From: Styela clava
Lineage: Eukaryota
Assembly (NCBI RefSeq): GCF_964204865.1
Contig: NC_135260.1
Coordinates: forward strand, 15,834,478 to 15,898,477
Length of the DNA stretch: 64,000 bases
Reading direction: 5' to 3'
Part shown: positions 45,953-56,000 of the stretch, one piece after another
How the letters are laid out: every line of letters starts with the position of its first letter
How positions within the stretch are numbered: position 1 is the stretch's first letter
Position numbers and translations under genes: made by a program
The notes under the pieces: model-generated
The model's input: the letters and a program-made list of their open reading frames with translations, nothing else
Databases searched by the model: none
Told to the model about the DNA's origin: nothing

Positions 45953-46643
45953 TGGTGGCCCATCGTTGTCACGTGTAAAATTTAAAAAAAAAATGAAAAA
46001 ATAAAATGAAAAAGCGAAAATAAAAAAATAGTTGTGAAAAAACATGAAAATAATTGAAAAAAAAAAAAAAAAAAAAAAAATAAATTAAAAAAAAAAATTG
46101 ACAAATAAAACAAACAAAAAAATTAAAAAAAAAATTAAAATTAAAAAAAAAAATTAAAAAAAAAAAAAATTTGAAAAAAAAATTGGATAAAAAGAAAATA
46201 AAAAGGTTGACAACGATGGTCCGCCTCGTGGCCCATCGTTGTCACGCGTTTTTATTTTTAGAAAATTTGATGCTGCTTGGGACCAACGTTGTCAGACTTA
46301 ATCCTACACACTTAATCCTACACGCACAAATGTGTTTCCTGGGTTTCCTGGGTTTTCCAAGCAAAAGCAAAGTTTCTAAAAATAAAAACGCGTGACAACG
46401 ATGGGCCACGAGGCGGACCATCGTTGTCAACCTTTTTATTTTCTTTTTATTCAATTTTTTTTTTTTTCATTTTTTTTTTTTTTTTTTTTTTTTATTTATT
46501 TATTTTTTTTTAATTTTTATTTTTTTTTTTCATTTTTTTTTTAATTATTTTTATGTTTTTTTACAAAAAATTTTTTATTATCGGTTTTTATTTTATTTTT
46601 TATTTTTATTTTCAATTTTACGCGTGACAACGATGGGCCACCA
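45953..46643. repeat. About 690-bp foldback palindrome with A-rich and T-rich arms, inside the last DDB1 intron
   Basis: 22-mer cores GGTGGCCCATCGTTGTCACGYG at 45953-45975 and 46211-46250, mirrored as CGCGTGACAACGATGGGCCACC at 46381-46430 and 46621-46643. A-rich arm 45976-46210, T-rich arm 46431-46620, about 130 bp unique centre at 46251-46380. The mirror-image ORFs 46171-46395(+) and 46242-46454(-) are an artefact of the symmetry. Confidence 0.8.
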
Positions 46644-46853
46644 TACATGTCCAACATTCTAAAACCAAGCAGAATGCTTGGCAACCCCCATATCAATTTG
46701 GTAAGTCATGACTATATAAAATTCAATTGTGTAGTTAGAGAAAAGGTACATTAGACTCGAAGCCATTTGAAAAATTTCACAGTAAATACAAACAGCTGTG
46801 GAAAAAAAAATCCCTTTAATGGAACCTGTCATATAAAAAAGTATAAATCATAC

Positions 46854-49800
46854 TTGTATGCCTTGGGCGACAGAGTCCATCTTTTCCCTAGGCAGATCCA
46901 AGAAATTTTCTATAAGGTCCCCATCTATAAAGCCTTTGTGATCACTTGTAACTCTGTCATTGGTAAATGATCGCCAAAAACTGTGATCAATCTTCCCCAC
47001 TCCTTTGATTAATTTTTCCAATTTTTTTTGGACTTCACCCAGTAAATGGAATATTTCTGTGTTAAAGGTAGTAATGACGCCTATACTTCCATGTACAGTT
47101 CCAAACAATATACTGCCTTGCGTGGGAGTTGAAGTCTCGCCGAGATGTTGCATTACCAGTGTTCCATGTTGAAATACATTTACCATATCCCCAAGATGAA
47201 ATGAGCCGGTTCCAATTAGTTTTGATGTATCATCATCGTTAGCAGTTGAACTATCTTTTTGACAAACAAAAAGATTGAAGCTGTTGTCAGCACCTATGAA
47301 GTTATCATCATCAATGATTTCAACTGCAGTCATCCAGTTTGGCTTATAATCTTTTGCTATTTCATCTAAATTACCTTCGATGGCTTTGTATGAAAGAACG
47401 CTCAGTGATCGCATAAGGTCGCCTACAAGTACAAAGTCTCCTTTTGTTTTTAAAAATAGAGCAATGATGTTACCTTGATGACTGCAATCAACAGTCAGAT
47501 CTTTTTCCTCGGTCCATTGATACACAATGACTGAACCATTAATACTTGCAATAATTTTTTCATTGAAATTTGATAATGTATAAACGGCTCCTCGTACCTC
47601 TTTCTCAGAAATTTGAGATAATTTTCCATCAAATACTTGAAATACAAGAATTCGGCCCTGCTTAGGTTCTGGCTCTTCTGGATATACGAAAGCAGTACCA
47701 ACAACAAAATAAGATTCTGCTCCAATATTGCAAGATATTATGCTGCAAGGCCACTCAAATGGAGCAAACTGATGCGCATGGTGAACCTCGAATGTATGTT
47801 GATCAATAATCAACAGGTTACCAATCTCTGTATCATCTCCGTACATGTTGGCGTCCATGCTTGGCTGACGATATTTTGTGCTTGTATCTTTTGTGATACT
47901 GTTGGCCTGCAAGCTTGCACATAATCGTGTTGTTGGTTTTGAAGCTTCCAATCCTATAGTATCATAGCGAAGAGTGGTCACACCGAAACACTGGCTCTTT
48001 TCCTGGTATGCTATTCTCCTTGGAGATTCATACAATGGCACAGTGCGAATATGCAGTTTCTGGATTTCATCAATTTTTCCAATTAGTAAGACATTATCAT
48101 TAGCCAGTGCTAAACTGTCAGGATATCCTTCAGAATCTAGAGCACACATGTAATTAACTTCACGTAAATTAACATTAGAAAACACAAGCTTGTGATTGGA
48201 ACTGTAGATTACCGTTGGCCTGTCGGAACATGAAAATACATTGAGTGACCCGCCAGAAAGAAAAGTGTGAAGCTCTGTAGGCTGGGTACCAAGAGGGACT
48301 TTCTTTCGTTCGCCCAAACCACACAAATCCTCATTAATCGTGAAGTAAAACAACATGCCATCTCCGAGAGTGACAAGAAGATAGTCAATTCCTTCAAATT
48401 TAACCATCAAAACAGATCTAGGGATAATTTCACCACCTAACATTTGTGAATGTTTTTCTTCTAATCCAGGCATAGCAAGAAGATGAACACTGTTATCATT
48501 CCACAAACCAACTGCACATAATTGAGCTTTTGCTGTTTCATCTGTTGGATTCAACACCAGAGGATTGACATTTAAGCAAGCGACTTCTTCTGGCATCACC
48601 CTCTCGGAGCGCAGAATCAATTCGCTTGATCCCACTTCTAAATGATAAAGTTGACTCCCAACTGCAACGACAATCTGTGAATAATTACATGTTGCATTGC
48701 TAATATTTCCCCTTGGTGGGGACCACTCTGCAACCAACTTTTTCATCTTCCTTGAAATCAATCTAATTCCTTCTTCAGTTATTTGTACAACTTGATCATT
48801 CAAGACATTCGAGCATAAAAATGTCTGTTGTTCATCGTCAAAACCACCAAATTCAGATTCCTCTATTTCTTCACCACTGAGACGCAAAATTCTAGAATGG
48901 CCGACAAAAGACAAAATCAGTGTGTCAAACTTAGATGAATCAGAGAACAGTCGAAGCGGCCATAGTCCTTTTATACCAGGCAAGTCAATGCTTGCATGCT
49001 CCTGGATTCCAATACCATTACGAATGATTCTCAGTGATCCTTCTTTAAATGCCCCAGAACAAGTAACTAGTTGCCCCTGACCTTGTCTCTCCAGATCTAC
49101 AACACACATGTCGACAATAGGGCCCAAATTTGTATAAGTATCGAGTATTGAAATATAAGAGGATGATGAATCTCCTTCTCCACTTGTTGGAGTCGTTTCA
49201 AGACGAATTAGCTGAGAATCTCCAAGCCTTGATCCAATATAAACCACACCATTGTCAAGATAAGAAAGGCATTCGGGTATGTTCACTTCACCCATCAATT
49301 CGATATGCAAATCTTTGACGGAAACATTTTCGTCTATTTTCTCTTCAGTCTCAACATGGAGCATAAAAAGTCTTCCAGCCATATCACCAAGAAGATAACG
49401 ACAGTTGTCCACACGAGCAAAGCAAGATACAATATTTTGCTTGATCATTGGAGGTGCAATTAATTTAGCCATTCCATCGCCGCTATGATACATTATAGAT
49501 TCCTGCCCCACAACCAGAGCTCCATTTAACGGGGCAGGAACAGGGATAATAATAGAAGCTTCTGTGTCTACATTTTCTTGTTGCCATGACCCAAGTTTCA
49601 CTTCCTTGTCTCGTATATTGATTTCATAGGTTTTAATATGCCGCCCATGTGTATTGTGGTATATGATAGCCACGGTTGGAACATTGTATCCATGAAGAAA
49701 TTGGGCATCAATCACACTCAATTCATCCATTCTAACATTGAAAGGGCGCAGTTCTTTGCTGGTTGGATCATAAGGCAAAATTTTAAAGACACCTTCATAC

Positions 49801-50204
49801 AATCGAAGACCAATTATTTTGCATGTCGGATCTATAAATCCAAGTATACCAGTTTCAGGTGGCCGACCTACAGGATCAGTTACCAATCCACTTGCTTTTG
49901 TTTTGACTTGACAGCCTTGTTCACCGGCGCAATATTCCAAAATCGACGCATTATATCGTTCAGTTAGTACAAACAATAGATCTTTTGGTTCACCTGGAGG
50001 TCTAAACAACTTCAACACAGCAATTCTTCCATAAATATTCATTTCTGTAATTGGACGAAGTCCTTCACTGGTGACTGTATATATTTCCAAACGTGTGCTT
50101 TTAGCAATAAGTAAATTCATGTCATCAGGACTTGTGAAGTTACCAGTTATACAAAAGTGAACTGCACTCGGCTTGTGAGCTGTGACGACATAGTTGAACG
50201 ACAT
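46854..50204 (-). CDS. DDB1: DNA damage-binding protein 1 (CUL4 adaptor; three WD40 beta-propellers), main exon coding residues 1-1117
   Basis: A continuous 1118-codon minus-strand ORF. N-terminus [42 protein letters not shown] against human [42 protein letters not shown]. Colinear over the whole length (..[29 protein letters not shown]). The ORF's own last codon and stop are intronic: a donor gtatga follows CAA at 46854-46856. Confidence 0.95.
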
Positions 50205-50366
50205 GGCTATTTAGTTTTTTAGTTTAGTACAGTTACTGTATGGAGAAAAACAATAAATACTTCCTATTACATTATCACAGTGCAAAATTTTATCAGATAG
50301 ATTGTCAAATAGATGAAAAATAAAGTTAAATTGAAATTTTCTTCTCCAATCATAATACGTTTGCTA

Positions 50367-51314
50367 GAGCTCGACCGATATCACTTTTTGAAGCCGATAC
50401 CATTACCAATATTGATATATCGGTCAACTAGTGGCCGATAACCGATTTTAATATAAATCATATTGCGAGCCACAAAATGGGATTTTATGATGTAACTCAT
50501 ACCATGAGTCTGTACATTCATTTTGATATTTATCATCATTGCAGAGAGACTTTTATTTAACTAACTCCAGTTAATACAAATGTTATTCTGTAAATTGTCC
50601 TACGACTTCAATATCAGTCCAGCCTTTTCCAGAAAAAGAATGGTTAATCTGACGTTTTTAAATATAACTGTGGGCATATGTTAATAAGGGTATTGGAAAA
50701 TTATAAATTGATATATATCAAAGTGAATCATGATAATGATAAAATCCTTCGATATTATTGTGATAACGTATGTGCAGTTACATGTGAAATATTTAATAAC
50801 TACGTTTCCAGTTACTCTCAATACCTTATTTAGTAAATTACAATGGAATAAGGTTTTTTGTGTAATTCTCAGCAAAATGATAAACAACCATCAATTATAG
50901 ATAAAACTGTTATCCCAGAAATTCAAACTTGAATTTGTAATAAAATAAGCATGGGTGTCAAAGAGTTATTTTTTAATAACAAACACATAATTTTAAATCT
51001 TAACTTTACTGAGTCAAAACATAGGTCAAATCATTTATTATATCATTTATTTCGCCACCAACAATTCGCTTCAGCAATCTTTGGTGATGGATAATTGATA
51101 CGTCGCCATACAGCCATAATAACACAACGAAGCGTGCCGTGAATACGCGTTTCCCATAATAATAAGTATTATCCCTCGTAAGCACAAATCTTAGAAATAA
51201 GCACGATATGGTAACCCAGACTTGCCCAAGTATTGCCGATATATATCGGCGGTTTATTACTGATATGATATATCGGCAAACACGGAATAACGGGCCGATA
51301 TATCGGTCGAGCTC
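50367..51314. mobile_element. Tc1/mariner-type (Stowaway-like) MITE, about 950 bp, with TA target duplications, 160 bp upstream of the DDB1 start codon
   Basis: TIR GAGCTCGACCGATAT at 50367-50381 and reverse-complemented at 51300-51314, flanked by TA at 50365-50366 and 51315-51316. Many subterminal ccgatat/atatcgg repeats. Confidence 0.65.
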
Positions 51315-52539
51315 TAATGTCTGCTGTATTTTACAATATTTGGCAGTAGAACCTTATTTCACCCGGGCCTGATATATATACTTTATATTAATATATCTAC
51401 TAAATCTCTAGATTTGAATATAGAAGTGACAATAGACGATGTGACGACAATCCAATAATGTGTTTTTGTCTTGTCAACATGCAACTATAAGCTACTGTAA
51501 TCTTGCCTTTATTCGTCTCAGAAACGAAAGTATTGTATCAGCAAGTAATGCACTCCGCTTCGCTATTAGTTTGATCTTTTCTGAAGCATGGATACTTCTG
51601 CTTTAGTTCTTGGGTGTAAAAACGTTCTTGGGTAAAAAAGGTTTTTACTGAGTCCACTGACGTAACTTTCTGCCAAAATCGAAACTTCACCGAATTGCTA
51701 AATACAAATGAAATGACGTAAAAATAATTGCAGAATAACACAATTTTTCGCGATGAACGACTATGCAAAACAGGTATGCATTTATCCTAGGGCAGTGCTT
51801 CTTATCTCTTTTGCGGGTCTGCCGAACCTCTCCGCTGTTGTGCAAGCTCCTGTCGAAGCCCATTCAACGGTTGAAACCAGGATCGCAATCAGAACTTCAA
51901 AGAACGGTAGCTAATTTTCTGCAAGGTTCGCGTCCAAAACCTCCAACTGCATCCGGAGCGTTGTTTTTCACAGATTTTTGCAGAAATCGACATAGCCTAC
52001 ATTATGAACTAGTGCCATTTTAATACGAGTTTTAATGAAACGTACTGAATTCAAGACTGCAAGATGTAACGGTCATTGACATGACCAGTAAAACATAGGG
52101 TGGCTTACCCACTTTGCGGCCAAGACCTATTTGCGACCATCAACTTCAACGATTAATTTAATGCCGAAAAAATTAACGAACAGAGATGATATTTCTCGCG
52201 CGTTATCGTCCACTTATCCCTCGTAGCTCTGCGAAATTACACTAAAATGCGGCCACAAACAAAAAAGTTACGACCGAAAACCCGACCGAAGAAAATAAAC
52301 GGACCATTTTTCCATGTCGCCAAATACCCATTGTCCCTTTGAAAAAGCTTATATAAGAGATGAAAAGATGAAACTTGGCAGGTGGGTAGAGTTCTGTTTC
52401 TTTTAACCATCTTTAAAGTTTCGCATTTCTACATTTAAAGGAGGGGGAGTAGGGGGACGCATTTCCAATACGTCGATAATAGCATTGTCGACCAATTTGC
52501 GACCACCGTGTTTTTGTTTGTTTGATTGCTGTAATGCGG

Positions 52540-52795
52540 TGCTTTGTTTGTTGCATCGACAGGACTTGATGGTGGACTGGTGGAGGAAGCCGTAAACAAC
52601 CAGCGGTTACGTGAAACACCCTACAGCCCTACGGCGGCGAGGAGTCCAGCAATCCTCTCACACATGATCATCCCCGAATGGGATTCTAACCTCCGATCCC
52701 ACGAAGGGTAATCAGAGATGCAGTGGCGAGCGTATTCCTAACGCTTAGCACTGATGCGCCACACCGCCATACACTTCTCTAGCATGTGATATCTA
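52540..52795 (-). mobile_element. tRNA-derived SINE, copy 3 (reverse orientation)
   Basis: ggtggaggaagccgtaaacaaccagcggttacgtgaaacaccctac...gaatgggattctaacctccgatcccacgaagggtaatcagagatgcagtggcgagcgtattcctaacgcttagcactgatg is the reverse complement of the SINE body plus tRNA-like head. Confidence 0.6.
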
Positions 52796-53654
52796 CAAAA
52801 TCCCACATTCAGACATTACGGTAACAGATTAATGCAAAATGGATTTTTCTGTTTGCAGTATTACTAATTACGTGGCAGTGTGTCGCATGGCAGCATGTAG
52901 TTACAGTTTCCTCCACAATCTGACAATCAAGTCCATGCATGTGAAAACTGCGGCGTCTTTTGCCATTGTTTTATGGCGCTATTAATTAATCAGTATTAAC
53001 GGTATATTCACAGAGTCATGTACCAGATTTTAGTTTATCATGCGGAATTACCGTATATCTATTTAAACCTGAATCCTAACCTCAAATCCATCAAAACTGT
53101 ATTCAGAGGAAAAATGTTCCAACGGTACCCAATACTTGCACGGATCACGTGACTTTGTTTACGCCGCCACTTTGGACGGCAAAAAAAAAACGTCCAGACT
53201 CCAGCATTTCGTTGGTGGTGGGTGATGAAGTGCCGTTACTGATTTCTTAAATTTTGTTAAGGTATCAATGCTCTAAGTCTCCCGTTGCATGCATGTGTAT
53301 ATTTTCTAAAATTCCAAAAAGCTTCGCGGCACACCTGATAATCTCTTGCGGCACACAGTTTGAGAAACACTGCTACTGTATAATAGCAGTGTTACCTTTC
53401 CCCGAGCATCGACTTCCTTCTTTAATTCGTGACATTGGCCAATCAGCAAAATGCAAAATATTACGTAACATTGCTCCCTTTTCGCATTTAACATTATCTC
53501 GTTTTCGCGCTTTAGTTTTTTGTTGTCTTATGGTTTGGAAATCCCGCCATGGTTTTGCGGCAGCTGTAGACTCCACAAAGTACTCGAAACTGCACTTGTC
53601 TCGTCCAGTACCGGTACTGGTACCATTTCATGTCGGTTGAGGGATTAGTTAGTT

Positions 53655-53935
53655 ATTTGTTTTCGGAAGCTTGGACTTGATGGTGGAGGAAGCCGTAACT
53701 GACCAGCGGTTACGTGAACCATCCCACTCGCACATAACTATCGACGCATGGAATTCAAACCTGCGAACCCACGCAGAGTAATCAGAGGTGCGGTGGCGAG
53801 CGTATTTCTAACGCTCAGCACGATGGGATTTGAACATGCGAACCCACGCAGAGTAATCAGAGGTGCGGTGGCGAGCGTATTCCTAACGCTTAGCACGATG
53901 AGCCACGCCGCCGCGCTTCTTCTTTGACCAACTGA
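53655..53935 (-). mobile_element. tRNA-derived SINE, copy 4 (reverse orientation, tRNA-like head tandemly duplicated), left arm of an inverted SINE pair
   Basis: ggtggaggaagccgtaactgaccagcggttacgtgaacc... then two successive head units (gaacccacgcagagtaatcagaggtgcggtggcgagcgtat.tctaacgct.agcacgatg). Confidence 0.6.
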
Positions 53936-54039
53936 AACTCTTGATTTATCAGGTGTCTTGTATTTGAGTATTCTATCAAGCTTGTCAGCATAACACATGA
54001 TCATGATATCTTGCAAACGTTTTGGCCCACGCAGTCTCC

Positions 54040-54295
54040 AGTGCAGATTGGCTAATCGTGCTAAGCGTGAGGACCTCTGATTACTCTGCGTAGGTTCGTA
54101 GGTTCGATTTCCATGCAAGGATGGTTATGTGCAAGAGGATTGCTGAACTTCCCGCCGTCGTAGGGTGGTTCACGTAACCGCTGATCGGTTACTGCTTCCT
54201 CTACCATCAAATCCATGCTTCCGAAAACAAATATCTAATCCCATACCCGACATGGAATGGTAACCGAAAGAGATCCTAATCCTACATTTACGTCG
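54040..54295 (+). mobile_element. tRNA-derived SINE, copy 5 (forward), right arm of the inverted SINE pair
   Basis: gctaatcgtgctaagcgtgaggacctctgattactctgcgtaggttcg...ggtggttcacgtaaccgctgatcggttactgcttcctctaccatcaaatccatgcttccgaaaacaaatatctaatcccatacccgacatggaatggtaaccg. Separated from copy 4 by about 105 bp. Confidence 0.6.
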
Positions 54296-55539
54296 AGGCT
54301 GAACAGTCGTTTTTGAATATTTTGTTAATGAAAGTTAACTATTTCATTATTACAATTAACAAAAGTCTGAAAGTGGAGGCGAATTTCAAAATTCCAATGA
54401 AAACTAAGTTTATTTTAAATTTCTGTTGTTCTTCCCTTATTATATAATTGTGTTTAACTACGTGAATGTTTAATATTGAGGTGTTCCGTTATATTGCTAT
54501 ATTTGCTGCTTCATATCAACTGCAAGGTGTCGTTGACTACTATGAAAGGACTCTCCGAATCTTTCGCGAGTCTCCGGGTTTATGCTTTCGCGAATCCTCG
54601 CCAAATGCAACAAGCCGAGATACATTTTTTGTAATTTGTTACATACATTTTATTTATTTCATACGATATTGTATATTGGTTTTGCACGGCGAAAATAAAA
54701 TCTGAATCATATAGTGCAATCTGTATAAAGCCTAGTTAAAAGATCCTAAGAAACAGCTTATAACTTACTATTATTTATTTTAAATTATTACTATTTAAAC
54801 TTATAACCTATTAATATGACAATTTCTTCTATCTACCCCAGTGGTTCTCAAACTTTTTTAGTCCCAGAGCCGCATTTCAAACCTCAAAGTTATGAATAGC
54901 CGCACACAAACAACGCAGGGTAAAATTGCAACAAACCTTAAGCGCATATTTAAAATACCAAGTCATCGTAACAACAACACACGTAACAACTAAGGCTGGG
55001 CAAAATATTTGTATTATCAAATATTTGAATGACATTTTACTATGTTTTCGAATATCCGGTACCACGTGACCGGCGCCGCTCTGCTTGGACACCGAATTCG
55101 CGCGTCTCCAACTCAATCGTGAATTGTGCGAGCTTTGTCAACAGCGCTCGCTATCAGAAAAAAGACAAATTTAAAAAGTCGTTTTATTGCGTTATGGTGT
55201 TATATGTTTATCTTTGCACCTAACGTAACGTTTCAATTCCATATTTTGCAAAAAACGTAACGACCGTTATATAAATTTAGAAACGTCAAACCAAATTAGG
55301 TATTTAAAATAAATTTCCCAGATTTTAAACACCTCATGCTTGGTGACATGTCATTAGCCATTTCTTGCATTATCGAACATAAAGTTGATTAAAATCAAAT
55401 GTTAAAATGATTTTAGGTCGTTAGAAAACTCTAGTTATATAAATAGCATGGATTTAAAAATGACCAAAAGTTTTTCCAAATATCGGTATGAGTTACTTGT
55501 ATGAAATACATTCATTACGTTGTACTACATCCTACTCCC

Positions 55540-56000
55540 TTTAAAGCATTTTGTATTAGCTCTTTAGTGATCCCTTCCGTCCTTAGCCAAGTAATGTTTC
55601 GAATATATAAACATTTTACTCGACCATGCATGGCCGTTAAGCCAAGAGTTAGAACGTAATATCAATCGAGAATTTCGTTGTAACAATGCACACTGATTCG
55701 TTCATGACTTGTTGCGTCTATTATCGTTGAAAATGATTACAATTGTTAAATTTTGAAGCATTTGGGCAGTAATAATTAAGCATCAAGGCATGACATAATC
55801 AAAATCATTAGGTGAAGTGCTGAATTTGCAAATTCCGTAAAGAATATTGAGCGTTACTCAGTAAGTATTTTAGATATAATAACCATCGGGGTGTTGTTTT
55901 GTTGAAAAAAAATGTTAAAACTTGAAGGAATTAGGTATAGTTAGCGTCTGACCCTCTATTAGGCACAAAAGCCTAGGAATGCCTTTATTGCCAATTTATT
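55540..56000 (-). mobile_element. Fragment (inverted) of the internal module of the hAT-B family, no termini
   Basis: The reverse complement of 55540-55900 aligns to hAT-B 42990-43320 (gttaccgagtaattcacgattttatttacggaatttgcaa...ggtgtcatgccctaattattactgc...ggccatgtatggtcga.taaaatgtt.a.atattcgaaacat.acttggc.aag..ggaag.gatcactaaagagctaata.aaa). 55860-56000 aligns to hAT-B 41620-41860. No TIR was found nearby. Confidence 0.5.

Noticed and set aside
46171-46454. Two mirror-image ORFs (plus and minus strands) coding the same peptide KKIKRLTTMVRLVAHRCHAFLFLE
   Set aside because: They are a consequence of the perfect palindrome; low-complexity K-rich translation of the A/T arms.
53254-53640. 128-aa ORF with a nearby palindromic CCAAT box (attggccaatcag at about 53436)
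   Set aside because: The ORF is low-complexity with no homology. A CCAAT motif alone is insufficient to call a promoter.
53738-54118. 126-aa minus-strand ORF
   Set aside because: It reads straight through the inverted SINE pair (internal protein repeats VLSVRNTLATAPLITLRGFA x2 mirror the duplicated tRNA head); it is an artefact.
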